Counted from the stretch's first letter, positions 40,545 to 51,096 are shown. The stretch: 64,000 nucleotides of DNA from Trichormus sp. ATA11-4-KO1 (GCA_019358915.1 JAHHIM010000036.1:288001-352000); one strand, 5' to 3'. The notes: generated by a model not told the origin, from the letters alone. Made by a program: numbers and translations.

Positions 40545-41621
40545 TCACGCCAATGCTGAAGCTTGGGGTTTGGCAAAAATCATCCGTCCGGCGGAGGTTT
40601 GCAAAGCACTGGTAACTACTACGCGCACTTCACCACCTACGTAACTACTACCTTCCTCAACAACAACCATTGTGCCATCGTCTAAATAGCCAACTCCTTG
40701 ACTGGGTTCTTTGCCTTCCTTGAGAATCTTTAGGTCAAGATTATCACCAGGTAAGTAAGTAGAACGCACAGCGTTGACTAAATCATTGACATTCAACACA
40801 GGTACTTTTTGTACACTAGCAACTTTAGATAAGTTGTAATCGTTGGTGAGCAATGTACCATTGATTTCTTGGGCAAATCGCACCAATTTTGCATCTACTG
40901 TGGCAATATCTTCATAATCCACAGGATTAATCAAGATACGCTCAGGGTAATCTTTCTTAATTCGGTTGAGAATCTCTAATCCGCGCCGTCCCCGTACCCG
41001 CTTTTGGTCTTTGCTGGCATCAGCTACTTGTTGCAATTCCTGCAAGACAAATTGTGGCACAATAATTTGTCCTTCCAAAAACCCTGTTTCTAGTAGGGCT
41101 TCAATGCGTCCATCAATAATACAACTGGTATCTAAAACTTTGGTATGCGCAGGTTTTAGTGTCCCTTCCACTATCATTGTCTCTACGGTGTTGGGATTAA
41201 TGAACCGTAATAAACCTCGTCCGTGGGTATCCGCCAAATTCATCCCAGTCACAGCAAGTAAAATACTACCGACGACTGCCACTAATGGTTTAATAAAGCC
41301 AAAATCCGCCGGGATGGGTAGCAAAAATAATGGAGCCAGCATTAGGTTCGCTAACAATAGCCCGATAACTAAGCCAATGGCGCGAGTTAAAATCATTTCC
41401 AGAGGCATTTCTCGGACTTGTGTTTCTAGACGACGATATGAAGTCTGAAAACTCAGTCCTACTGCACCGCCAATAATAGCGGCAAAGACGGCAACAACTA
41501 AGCGTAAAGCGTCTAAGTTTGTCACCCCATCTAGCGAGCCATCGGGTAGTAGTTCAATGCTGTAGAACCCTATTCCCGCCGCAGCTAGGATAAATGAGAG
41601 AATGATAATAGCATCCAGCAT
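40545..41621 (-). CDS. Membrane PIN/TRAM domain protein (YacL-like)
   Basis: VLDTSCIIDGRI, RGRRGLEIL, LTNDYNL, GVGYLDDGTMVVVE, QTSAGRMIFA. Confidence 0.92.
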   Translation of the reverse strand: MLDAIIILSFILAAAGIGFYSIELLPDGSLDGVTNLDALRLVVAVFAAIIGGAVGLSFQTSYRRLETQVREMPLEMILTRAIGLVIGLLLANLMLAPLFLLPIPADFGFIKPLVAVVGSILLAVTGMNLADTHGRGLLRFINPNTVETMIVEGTLKPAHTKVLDTSCIIDGRIEALLETGFLEGQIIVPQFVLQELQQVADASKDQKRVRGRRGLEILNRIKKDYPERILINPVDYEDIATVDAKLVRFAQEINGTLLTNDYNLSKVASVQKVPVLNVNDLVNAVRSTYLPGDNLDLKILKEGKEPSQGVGYLDDGTMVVVEEGSSYVGGEVRVVVTSALQTSAGRMIFAKPQASALA

Positions 41622-41872
41622 AGTTGTGTTGTTTTCCTGCGATTGTGTGACCCAATAAAGTCAAGTATTTTTTATGTCCTCGGTAAGAAAGATTAATCAA
41701 TATTGACTTACACTAGGGGTTTAAGCAGGGAATATCTGCAAATATTATAACTAAAGTGTTTTCTCTTAATATTTTTCACGATTTTGTTGTAAAACGATAA
41801 AAACTTGTAAAAAAACTATTTATTTTCACTGTTTGTAATTCTCAATTGGATTAATTAATTCTTTCTAAAATC

Positions 41873-43105
41873 ATGAGTCAAAGCGTTAATGTTTCTGGCA
41901 TTGCCAGTTCTGCTTATGTACATATTCCCTTTTGCAGACGGCGGTGTTTTTATTGTGATTTTCCTGTGTCTGTGATTGGCGATCGCCTGCGGGGAGAAAC
42001 ATCTGGTACTATCAGCCAATATGTTGAAACCTTGTGCGCAGAAATTGCCATCACACCAGCTTTAGGTCAACCTTTGCAGACAATTTTCTTTGGTGGTGGG
42101 ACTCCTTCGTTACTTTCAATAGAGCAGTTAAAACGGATATTGGCAACGCTAGAGAGACATTTTGGCATTGCTTCTGGAGTAGAAATTTCTCTGGAAGTAG
42201 ACCCAGGTACGTTTGATTTAGCACATATATCAGGCTACCGTAGCGCTGGCGTGAACCGGGTAAGTTTGGGTGTACAAGCCTTTCAAGCAGAATTATTGCA
42301 AGTTGCCGGGCGATCGCACTCAGTTGCAGATATTTTGTCATCTGTGGAATTAATCCACCAAGTCGAAATTGCCGAATTTAGCTTAGACTTGATTTCTGGT
42401 TTACCGCATCAATCGTTAGATCAATGGCAGGATTCTTTAAATCAAGCCGTGGCGCTGATGCCAACTCACATCTCCATTTATGACCTGACTATTGAACCGG
42501 GAACTGCTTTTGGTCGTTACTACAAACCTGGTGATCATCCTTTGCCAACGGATGAAATCACGGTGAAAATGTACCAAATGGGACAGCAAGTTTTAACTAA
42601 TGCAGGTTATGACCATTATGAAATTTCCAACTATGCTCTTCCTGGACATCAATGTCAGCATAATCGAGTTTATTGGGAAAACCGCCCTTATTATGGCTTT
42701 GGCATGGGTGCGGCAAGTTATATCCAGGGAAAACGCTTCACTCGTCCGCGTAAGACTCAAGAGTATTACCAGTGGGTGCAAGCTGGTGCTGTGATTGATT
42801 GCCAAGCCACGCCCCCAGAAGAAGTTTTGTTAGAAACCTTAATGTTGGGGTTACGTTTGGCAGCAGGTGTGAGTTTGGTGATGTTGGCAGAGAAGTTTGG
42901 GGAAGCGAAAGTACAGGAAATTCGCCAGTGTTTACGAGTGTATTTTGAGAAAGGTTGGGTAGAAGTTGTCGGGGAAAGGTGGCGTTTGAGTGATCCCCAA
43001 GGATTTTTATTTTCTAATGTAGTGTTGGCGGATTTGTTTAATCGGTTCACTATGAAAGATGGAATACGGGCGCAGCAGGATTCGAACCTGCGACCATCCG
43101 CTTAG
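41873..43105 (+). CDS. hemW: Radical SAM heme chaperone HemW (HemN-like)
   Basis: YVHIPFCRRRCFYCDF, GGGTPS, YEISNYA, HNRVYW. Confidence 0.9.
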   Translation: MSQSVNVSGIASSAYVHIPFCRRRCFYCDFPVSVIGDRLRGETSGTISQYVETLCAEIAITPALGQPLQTIFFGGGTPSLLSIEQLKRILATLERHFGIASGVEISLEVDPGTFDLAHISGYRSAGVNRVSLGVQAFQAELLQVAGRSHSVADILSSVELIHQVEIAEFSLDLISGLPHQSLDQWQDSLNQAVALMPTHISIYDLTIEPGTAFGRYYKPGDHPLPTDEITVKMYQMGQQVLTNAGYDHYEISNYALPGHQCQHNRVYWENRPYYGFGMGAASYIQGKRFTRPRKTQEYYQWVQAGAVIDCQATPPEEVLLETLMLGLRLAAGVSLVMLAEKFGEAKVQEIRQCLRVYFEKGWVEVVGERWRLSDPQGFLFSNVVLADLFNRFTMKDGIRAQQDSNLRPSA

Positions 43106-43139
43106 AAGGCGGATGCTCTATCCACTGAGCTATGCGCCC
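43067..43139 (-). tRNA. trnR: tRNA-Arg(UCU)
   Basis: GGGCGCATAGCTCAGTGGATAGAGCATCCGCCTTCTAAGCGGATGGTCGCAGGTTCGAATCCTGCTGCGCCCG folds as a cloverleaf; anticodon loop CT-TCT-AA; CCA not encoded. Confidence 0.97.
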
Positions 43140-43463
43140 AACCTAAATTTGTGGCTCCCAAAAGAGTCACTTGCAAAATTATATCGTTTTTCCCTACCAA
43201 GAAGCAATTGAAAATTGCAGATTTCTGGTCAGCAAGGCTATGATTCAAGTCGCTAGTTATGCGATTTACACTAAAAATGCAGCAAATAAGCTATTGATTA
43301 GCTATATTGTGGGTCAATTCCTTTATTTGCGTGTTGGTGTAGGTGGCGATCGCACTGCTTACCCAAATAGCATCCTAGGTAATCGCACTCTTGGCGATGC
43401 TACAAATCGGAATTATAGATTGCATATCCACAAAGCCCCTGTGAGGAGTTATTTGCTAGTGCC

Positions 43464-44123
43464 ATGTTTATTCTCAAACGGCAGGATGTTGAAATATCGA
43501 GTATTCAGCACCCAAAACGGGATCAGCAAGTGCCGATCCTCAATTATCAGGGGCAAACCTTTCGCTTGATTAGCGTCTTCAAAGCTAGCCAAGAAGAAGA
43601 AGCTAGAGCCTTGTGGAGAGAATTAACCGATCACCGAGGTAAAGCCTGTGTCTTGCTGGAAGAACCTGATCGCTTTAGTGTTTGGGGAAAAGTCCGCTTA
43701 GACCAGCTAGGTAGTGACACGGGTAGCCATAGCCAGCGAGGAATTTATATTCAAGCCAGTTTATTGCTGCTGCAAGCAGTTTATCTGGACATTGAAGAGT
43801 TTTTAGGCACTCGGCAAGCGGTACTCTTTGAGAAAGATATTGCCCAAGTTTTGCGACAGCCACAATTTCCTGAAGCATCTTCCCCAGAGGTAGTCAAACA
43901 CTTGATGACGACTAACCCCCTAGAAGCGGCTAAACTTCCTCCTTGGCAAGAAAATCATGTAATTAGCTTCCTGCAAGAACTACATAAACTCGGAAAAACC
44001 TATTTTGGCAATGCTAACTTTGCCCATCAAGTTACTGATAGGTTACAAGATATGCCAGAAGCCGAGCGATCGCTGTTTATCAGTTGGCTAAATCAATCTT
44101 CACTGAGTAAACTGTGGCAATAG
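43464..44123 (+). CDS. Conserved cyanobacterial protein (Npun_F0813-like)
   Basis: MFILKRQDVEI..YQGQTFRLISVF..GKACVLLEEP, family recalled. Confidence 0.7.
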   Translation: MFILKRQDVEISSIQHPKRDQQVPILNYQGQTFRLISVFKASQEEEARALWRELTDHRGKACVLLEEPDRFSVWGKVRLDQLGSDTGSHSQRGIYIQASLLLLQAVYLDIEEFLGTRQAVLFEKDIAQVLRQPQFPEASSPEVVKHLMTTNPLEAAKLPPWQENHVISFLQELHKLGKTYFGNANFAHQVTDRLQDMPEAERSLFISWLNQSSLSKLWQ

Positions 44124-44246
44124 CATGAAAAGTGGGAAAAAACTGCGGCTACTGGTATTTGCTCTTGGCGTTCACTGGTGCATCCGCTACCCACATATTC
44201 TTGTACACCAACATCCTGCCGAGTGCATTTACAATAGTCAATTCCT

Positions 44247-45098
44247 ATGAGTACCTCTGACAACAATTCCTCCCGTTCGCAATCCCTGCTCACCAATCAA
44301 AACATTATCTTGGCTAGCATCGGCTGGGGTGTGCTGGCACTGTTATACTTTTTGTTATTTAGTGCCAAAGTTCCAGGCACAGATGGTGTCGAAAGCCGTG
44401 CTGACTGGTATGTGATGGGGACAAATATTTTTGAAGCCTTGGCTTACTTGGGCGCAGGTGTTTTATGCTTGAGGAATTGGCAAAGTCCGCAAATTGTCAG
44501 CAGCCGGAATGTTTGGCTGGCGATCGCTATAGGTATGCTTTCTTATTTCCTGGGAGGGATATTTTTCGGTTACACAGAACTAATTTTAGATGAAGAACCG
44601 GATGTGTCTATTGGCGATGTATTTTTTGTCCTGTCTTATATTTCCCTTGGCGTAGGCATGATTTTAGCTGTGGCTTCCAGGCGAATTAATTTAGAAAAAT
44701 GGCAATGGTTGATTGTGTCGGCAATAGCAGTCTTTGGTAGCCTATTGGCATGGTGGATTTCTATGCAACATGCCGCACCCTCAGAGCCATTAGCCACCAT
44801 CTTGAATTGGTTTTACGTAGTGAGCGATGTAATTTTGTTAATTATTGCTACCACTTTATTACTAGCCTTTTGGGGAGGACGAGTCGCCCAGTCCTGGAGA
44901 ATGATTGCAGCGGCCGCGTTTTCGCTCTACATTGCAGATATGTGGTTTAAATATGCTCAAGGGCCAAACTATCAAAGTGGGGAGATACTAGAAGTGTTTT
45001 GGGTATTTAGTGGAGTTTTATTTGGTATGGGCGCTGTCTTAGAACATGACGCATCGTTGAGCAGAACTCGGCGGGAGCGTGGGCGCAAACGAGCTTAG
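44247..45098 (+). CDS. Hypothetical polytopic membrane protein
   Basis: About 8 hydrophobic segments; long ORF in an apparent operon. Confidence 0.8.
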   Translation: MSTSDNNSSRSQSLLTNQNIILASIGWGVLALLYFLLFSAKVPGTDGVESRADWYVMGTNIFEALAYLGAGVLCLRNWQSPQIVSSRNVWLAIAIGMLSYFLGGIFFGYTELILDEEPDVSIGDVFFVLSYISLGVGMILAVASRRINLEKWQWLIVSAIAVFGSLLAWWISMQHAAPSEPLATILNWFYVVSDVILLIIATTLLLAFWGGRVAQSWRMIAAAAFSLYIADMWFKYAQGPNYQSGEILEVFWVFSGVLFGMGAVLEHDASLSRTRRERGRKRA

Positions 45099-45115
45099 AA
45101 AATTTGGTGTCTACC

Positions 45116-46111
45116 GTGAGAAAATTAACAGATTCTGACAAGCAAGAAATTCTGAAGTTATATCGAGAAACTGCCGAAACAACCTCAACTTTGGCGGAAC
45201 ACTATGGTGTGAGCAACTCGACAATTAGTCGGCTGCTCAAAAGCACCTTACCAGAAGACGAGTACGAATATCTCGTTTCTCTCAAACGGGCTGCTCGAAC
45301 TCCTGAAGGCAGAGCACAGGTAAATTATGAACAGTTACCTTTGTTAACTCAGCCAGAACCAGAGAAAGAGCAGCCAAGCCAAGAAAAAGCCATTCCTCGC
45401 CTAAAGTTACCAGAGGTTGAGCCACAACAGGCAGTTACAGAAGCAGAAAGCTACCCAGAGGATGAGGAAGAATTTGCACCTTCAGCGCGACGAGTGCGCC
45501 GACGTTCCTCAGCAGAGGAAAAACCAAAGCTAAGAGCCGCAAAGCGCTTAGAAATCGTCGAACCGAAGCCGCCGGAGATAGCAAGTATTCCCAGCCCAAT
45601 CTTAAAGGATGAACATCCTGAAGCAACCGTCATCGCCCAAATGCTGGGAGAAGATTTGCTAGATGAATCAGAGGATTTATCAGATTTAGAGGATGATTTA
45701 GACGACGAAGATTACGATGAAGATTATGACGAAGATGAAGAAGACTTAGAGGAGCCAAGACCTTTAGTTACAAGACGCAGAGTCAGTGACGCATCTGTGC
45801 AAGTTTTACCCTTGTCAGCAGCACATTTGCCAAAAACTTGCTATTTGGTCATCGACCGAGCCTCAGAGTTAATTACTCGACCACTCAAGGATTTTGGTGA
45901 CTTGGGGCAAATTCCTAGCCTAGAAACCCTGCAAAAAACTTTGCCAGTGTTTGATAACCATCGAGTGGCTAAACGCTTTTCTACCAAGCGCGATCGCGTG
46001 ATTAAAGTTCCTGATAGTAAAATGTTGCATAAGGCAAGTACTCATCTACAAGCCAAGGGCATCACGCGACTGTTAATTGATGGTCAGGTCTACTCTTTGT
46101 CTATGGTGTGA
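45116..46111 (+). CDS. HTH-containing protein with acidic disordered centre
   Basis: TSTLAEHYGVSNSTISRLLK HTH; D/E-rich tract; probable GTG start 45116. Confidence 0.8.
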   Translation: MRKLTDSDKQEILKLYRETAETTSTLAEHYGVSNSTISRLLKSTLPEDEYEYLVSLKRAARTPEGRAQVNYEQLPLLTQPEPEKEQPSQEKAIPRLKLPEVEPQQAVTEAESYPEDEEEFAPSARRVRRRSSAEEKPKLRAAKRLEIVEPKPPEIASIPSPILKDEHPEATVIAQMLGEDLLDESEDLSDLEDDLDDEDYDEDYDEDEEDLEEPRPLVTRRRVSDASVQVLPLSAAHLPKTCYLVIDRASELITRPLKDFGDLGQIPSLETLQKTLPVFDNHRVAKRFSTKRDRVIKVPDSKMLHKASTHLQAKGITRLLIDGQVYSLSMV

Positions 46112-46131
46112 CATACTCCCACACTGATGCA

Positions 46132-46333
46132 AACCTGAGTTCGACAAATATCAAAAACCCCGCTTCCATTCCTCTCCCCTGCGAGGAGGAGCCACTGCGT
46201 TGCTTTGGTTCCCAAAGTTGTAGCAAGTGGCGTTAGAGGCTTTGAAACCTTGATTTTTAGTTCAAAACCAGGGATATTTTCGCCCCTCTCCGTGTCGGAA
46301 AGGGGTTGGGGTGAGGTTCATCGAATTCACGTT
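46132..46333 (-). mobile_element. ~200-bp MITE-like repeat, copy 2
   Basis: Imperfect terminal inverted repeats AACCTGAGTTCGA / TCGAATTCACGTT; reverse complement of 39957-40151. Confidence 0.8.
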
Positions 46334-46487
46334 AATTTTGGTGAATTGATATTACTCTCATCTGGCAATTTGTTGCCACCTGAATATGACTAGCTATAGC
46401 CCAGCTCTGCTATGTCAAAATGAAGATAACTTACTACCAAAAGGTGAGCTAACGCTCTGAAAGCTAGACAAAGGATTGACCTGAGCA

Positions 46488-47117
46488 ATGGCAGAAGAAA
46501 AAAATCACAATCAAGCGGGAGAAGTGGCTCCCAGCACTGTTGACAAACAGGCTCCCACTGTTGCCCAAGAAAATGCTCCCAGTACTGACGAACCAGTAGC
46601 AACAGATATCCCTACTGCCAACACGCCAGATCCCAAAGCAGCAAACCCAGAAGTTAACCCCAACGCCGCCACGCCAAAAACTGCACCACCTCAGCGAGAA
46701 AAACCCCCAGCTGCAGCTAAAGCCGCGAAAAAGGAAAAACCTCCAGCTGTGGAAGATCAGCCATTTATAGAGTTTATGCAGCAGCACTACTTGCCAACTT
46801 TGCAAAAGGCGATCACAGAACAAGGTGTACAAGATTTGCAACTGTCTTTTGCTAAACAAAAGCTGCCTATCGCTGGCTTTCAATCAGCAGAAGAATGCTG
46901 GCAAGTGATCGGTAGTTGGCAAAATGGTCAGCGCCAGTTTAACTTGTATTTCCCCGACGAAGATATCCAAGGGAAAAAGGGATTTTCTTGTAACGCAGGT
47001 AAAAAACCTAGCACTCTTGAGTCGTTCTTAATCGATGAGCGCAAAATTACACTTGACCTGTTAGTATTTGGCTTAGTGCAGCGTTTGAACGGTCAAAAGT
47101 GGCTAGGTAGAAATTAG
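46488..47117 (+). CDS. ndhV: DUF2996 protein, NDH-1 subunit NdhV-like
   Basis: Pro/Ala-rich N-terminus, [37 protein letters not shown]. Confidence 0.7.
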   Translation: MAEEKNHNQAGEVAPSTVDKQAPTVAQENAPSTDEPVATDIPTANTPDPKAANPEVNPNAATPKTAPPQREKPPAAAKAAKKEKPPAVEDQPFIEFMQQHYLPTLQKAITEQGVQDLQLSFAKQKLPIAGFQSAEECWQVIGSWQNGQRQFNLYFPDEDIQGKKGFSCNAGKKPSTLESFLIDERKITLDLLVFGLVQRLNGQKWLGRN

Positions 47118-48076
47118 TTAAGTTCATCAAAGTAGTAGGTGACGGCTCCAGTTATGGGGTCGTTGTCTATTCTCACATAACCTGATTTGAACATCTCCTT
47201 CAACACAGCTTCCACTTCCACAAAGCTGGCTCCTGTGGCTTTCACACCTTGAGTTACAGTGAGCTTACCACCCTTGGTTTCTGCAACTTCGATGAGTTGC
47301 ATCATCAATTGGTTACCAGTTGGCCGATGGACTTGGGTAGCCACCACTGTTTGATTAAGTGGCACACCCAAGGGAGATACACCTGCTTTCGCTCTCAGGT
47401 TGCGTTCGTAATCGTCAACCATACCTGGGATGAGAAATAGGTCAACTAATTGCCCCATACCAAATAAACCACCAGTCAACAGCCATACCACACCTGTGAC
47501 AATTTTGCCATTATAAAAACGGTGCAATCCGCCTATGCCGAAAAACCCGACGGCACACAATAAGTAGGAAGTAACTAAAGGATTATCATATCTTTGATCT
47601 ATTTCTTGTCTCACCGTTTCCAATACTCTGGATACCTCAACTGCGCTGCGATTTGCCGAGTTTGCCGCATTACCATGTGGTAAAGAGGGAGTTGCCATTA
47701 GTTGCTGCACAAGCCGTCCATAAGCTTCAACATCAGCGCGTGTGCCTAAAAAGCGATTACCGTGAGCAACCTCCTGACGCAGCCTGTTAGCTTTGAGGAT
47801 ACTACGACGCGCCTCATCGCTCAGACCACCATACTCTTGCATCAAGTCAATCAACTCTTGCCAATGCACTTGTTGCCTGTCTTGCACTCTGTCACGTTCT
47901 TCCGGATCAAGAGCATGATTTGCCGCCAGCCAGTCCCGAAAATAGTCTTCTAGAGCGCCGTGAAAGCTAACCAGTGCATAACCCAGTAATTCCGGGTCTT
48001 TTCCCGCTTTTTGTAGTCGCTCCCAGCCTAGTTGCAGCTTATCCGAATGATTACTCATTGATAGCCCTGTTGCCAT
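47114..48076 (-). CDS. TM2/NINE membrane protein with extra N-terminal HEPN-like helical domain
   Basis: [26 protein letters not shown] (TM2), C-terminal winged-helix-like segment, N-terminal ALE..RQEVAH; start 48076 or 48058. Confidence 0.8.
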   Translation of the reverse strand: MATGLSMSNHSDKLQLGWERLQKAGKDPELLGYALVSFHGALEDYFRDWLAANHALDPEERDRVQDRQQVHWQELIDLMQEYGGLSDEARRSILKANRLRQEVAHGNRFLGTRADVEAYGRLVQQLMATPSLPHGNAANSANRSAVEVSRVLETVRQEIDQRYDNPLVTSYLLCAVGFFGIGGLHRFYNGKIVTGVVWLLTGGLFGMGQLVDLFLIPGMVDDYERNLRAKAGVSPLGVPLNQTVVATQVHRPTGNQLMMQLIEVAETKGGKLTVTQGVKATGASFVEVEAVLKEMFKSGYVRIDNDPITGAVTYYFDELN

Positions 48077-48440
48077 TGTAGTTTTACTAAAAATGTTAAC
48101 GAATGACTAGTTGCCAAAAAGACTAATAGATTTATTCTCTGGTGTTTTTCAAGTAGGGCATACTTGTGCTAGTGTATTCAAGCATCAGTAAATTTAAGTA
48201 TATTAGACGTTATTAGCTCGAGTAGATGCATAAATAATGACTAACAATATCCAATTATAGATTCCGCCAACTTGAAGTATTGTTGCAACTCTTAACGTTT
48301 AACTTAACTGTTTCCCACCTTCACCTTGGTAGACTGAATTTTATACAAATAAATTATTGTGGTCTGCTGCGCCTTGTGAGAGCATTACCCTTGGCTTTCT
48401 GGTGTACTCAAGATAATAAAGACAAAAGAGCAATCGAGAC

Positions 48441-49517
48441 ATGGTAGATTCCCTCCAAAAACCAGGCTTTGAAGAAATCCGTCCAGGAATTAAAGTCCCG
48501 GCAAAAGAAACCCTGTTAACACCCAGGTTTTACACCACCGATTTTGATGAAATGGCGCGGATGGACATCTCCGTCAATGAAGACGAGTTACGCGCCATCC
48601 TCGAAGAGTTCCGTGCCGACTACAACCGCCATCACTTCGTTCGAGATGCCGAATTTGAGCAATCCTGGGATCATATTGACGGGGAAACTCGCCGATTGTT
48701 CGTGGAATTTCTAGAACGGTCTTGCACAGCAGAATTTTCAGGATTTTTGCTGTACAAAGAACTCGGCCGCCGTTTGAAGGGCAAAAGCCCTGTCTTGGCC
48801 GAGTGCTTCAACCTGATGTCACGAGATGAAGCTCGTCACGCTGGCTTTTTGAATAAAGCGATGTCGGACTTCAATCTGTCGCTTGATTTAGGATTTTTGA
48901 CGAAGAGCCGCGCTTATACCTTCTTTAAGCCAAAATTTATCTTCTACGCCACTTATCTTTCCGAAAAGATTGGCTATTGGCGTTATATAACCATTTATCG
49001 TCACCTAGAAGCACATCCAGAAGACAGAATTTATCCGATTTTCCGGTTCTTTGAGAACTGGTGTCAGGATGAAAACCGTCATGGGGATTTCTTTGATGCG
49101 ATTATGAAATCCCAGCCGCAAATGTTGAATGATTGGCAGGCAAAGCTGTGGAGTCGCTTCTTCCTGTTGTCAGTGTTTGCCACTATGTATCTGAATGACA
49201 TCCAGCGTAAAGATTTCTATGCCTCCATTGGCTTAGATGCGCGAGAGTACGACATCTATGTCATTAAAAAGACCAATGAAAATGCAGGTAGAGTCTTCCC
49301 ATTAATGCTGGATGTAGAAAATCCAGAATTTTATCAGCGATTGGATGTGTGTATCCAGAATAACGAAAAGTTATCAGCGATCGCTAATTCCAATACTCCC
49401 AAATTCTTACAATTCTTCCAGAAGCTGCCAATTTACATCTCTCATGGCTGGCAGTTCCTACGACTGTACTTGATGAAACCGATTGATACTGTTTCTGCTC
49501 AAGGGGCAGTTCGTTAG
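48441..49517 (+). CDS. acsF: Mg-protoporphyrin IX monomethyl ester oxidative cyclase
   Basis: [24 protein letters not shown] and DENRH diiron motifs. Confidence 0.97.
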   Translation: MVDSLQKPGFEEIRPGIKVPAKETLLTPRFYTTDFDEMARMDISVNEDELRAILEEFRADYNRHHFVRDAEFEQSWDHIDGETRRLFVEFLERSCTAEFSGFLLYKELGRRLKGKSPVLAECFNLMSRDEARHAGFLNKAMSDFNLSLDLGFLTKSRAYTFFKPKFIFYATYLSEKIGYWRYITIYRHLEAHPEDRIYPIFRFFENWCQDENRHGDFFDAIMKSQPQMLNDWQAKLWSRFFLLSVFATMYLNDIQRKDFYASIGLDAREYDIYVIKKTNENAGRVFPLMLDVENPEFYQRLDVCIQNNEKLSAIANSNTPKFLQFFQKLPIYISHGWQFLRLYLMKPIDTVSAQGAVR

Positions 49518-49545
49518 GTTACACAAGTTTTATTTCGCGAGCAAT

Positions 49546-49580
49546 CAAAATCCCGGTATCTTGGAGATACCGGGATTTTG
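49546..49580. terminator. Terminator hairpin after acsF
   Basis: CAAAATCCCGGTATCT-tgg-AGATACCGGGATTTTG. Confidence 0.85.
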
Positions 49581-49654
49581 TCATCAAAAATGAAATAGCA
49601 TGAAGTATTTAAGCTGTTCTACTTACAAACTTAAAAAATTGTTAATTTTTAATT

Positions 49655-49942
49655 TTGAATTCTGACGTGATTCAGACTCAATTTCAGGTGAAATTCCGGG
49701 CGCAGGATAGATTTGGTGGCTTCTCCAATTATAGAACCGAATACGCAGGAGAAATTCCCGACGAACTTGTAACCCGCGACCATAACCGTTTTATTTTAGC
49801 TTTGGGTAAACTAAAAACTCCTGACAACGCTCTACGCCCTGGTGTTAATGTTGACATTGAAGTTGTAGCAACTCGCTCCTTAGGAGAACGTTCTGCAAAA
49901 CAAACCATTAACTGGCAGGATGCTATCCGTAGTACTAGATAA
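49655..49942 (+). pseudogene. Probable 5'-truncated gene fragment (hypothetical)
   Basis: Protein-like 95-codon ORF starting abruptly at TTG after an AT heptamer run, no RBS seen. Confidence 0.4.
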
Positions 49943-49956
49943 TCTTTACCAAAAGT

Positions 49957-50532
49957 TTAAGAGGGTTTTTTCCCATCTGAGACAATTTGTGCCAGCAGAT
50001 TGCCAGCGAAATCTAGCAGCTGATCCAGCAAAAAGCCTATGATACCAATGTATAATACCGCGTCAATCATGTAATTGGTGTTACCAGCTTTATAAGCATT
50101 CCAGGCGAGAAATCCCAGTCCTTTTGGGCCTATCAACATCTCTGTGGCAATAACTGTAAACCATGCTACCCAAATACCAACTTTCAAAGCATGAAATGTA
50201 TGAAAGATAGCTACGCGAAAGTTATTATTTTGTCTGAGAAAATGTTGCAGACCTATTGCCGTATTGATGATCATAGACCAGAGAGTCCCAAGAAAAACGA
50301 TGACTACGGTTGCCGGTTCACTGTTATCTCCAAATACTACGAGTGCAATGGGTAACAAGGCTATAGGAGGGATACTATGAGGTATCTGAAATATCCGCTT
50401 TAATACCTGATAAATTGCGGTGTTTATACCTATCAAATAACCGACGAAACTACCCAAAACGGCTGCTGGAATATAACCTACAAATAACTTTTGCAGGCTA
50501 GCTAAAACATCTAAAAATATACTAGGTTCCAT
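49957..50532 (-). CDS. Orphan, shortened NrtB/CmpB-like ABC permease
   Basis: IPPIALLPIAL, WSMIINTAIG, WFTVIATEML..GLGFLAW, YIGIIGFLLD. Confidence 0.8.
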   Translation of the reverse strand: MEPSIFLDVLASLQKLFVGYIPAAVLGSFVGYLIGINTAIYQVLKRIFQIPHSIPPIALLPIALVVFGDNSEPATVVIVFLGTLWSMIINTAIGLQHFLRQNNNFRVAIFHTFHALKVGIWVAWFTVIATEMLIGPKGLGFLAWNAYKAGNTNYMIDAVLYIGIIGFLLDQLLDFAGNLLAQIVSDGKKPS

Positions 50533-50979
50533 GCCTCAGTTCTTATTTTGAACGGTTGGTAATTACTGCGGCAATCACAAAAATGGCGAATAGACAAACA
50601 GCAAGAAGGTATTTAAATTTGCTTAAATCAAATTTATCAGAGAATTAAAGTTCCATTAAGAAATTAAATAAAATCTCAATAATTCACCAAAAAGTGAAGT
50701 TTGCTCAAAGGCAAATCAACACCACCTGTCGCAGCTTTTAAGCCAAAATGTGGAAAAATAATATTAAAAATAGTTTAAATATAATTCAATACTATTGTGT
50801 AGAAAATAATCAGCAAACAGTAATCTTCACTGATTAAGTAGAAAAACTTAATAAAATAAAAGTCCGTAGTAAAAGCTGTAACCCTTTAAAACCTTGCAAG
50901 AAAGCGATAAATCGCTCACTACGAACAAAAGTTTATCTGACATTTAATTATTTCTACCTGACTTGAACAAACTTGGTAT

Positions 50980-51034
50980 CTTTGTGCCTTGGTGGTAAAA
51001 AAATCTTGAACCACTAAGACACCAAAACACAAAG
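50980..51034. repeat. Inverted repeat related to the 11014 family
   Basis: ctttgtgccttggtggt ... accactaagacaccaaaacacaaag. Confidence 0.6.
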
Positions 51035-51096
51035 ATTTTTTATATGTTCTGGTGTACGCAGTTCATGACAGCTACTGACTGATAATTGAAAACTGA

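Noticed and set aside
40545..41621. PIN domain as a VapC toxin
   Set aside because: Membrane PIN-TRAM architecture is the widespread YacL type and no antitoxin gene is adjacent
43067..43139. tRNA as a prophage or island attachment site
   Set aside because: No integrase and no duplicated tRNA 3' end seen in the window
45116..46111. Possible transposase (N-terminal HTH, next to a MITE)
   Set aside because: No DDE or HUH catalytic region, no flanking terminal repeats, and it sits in an apparent operon
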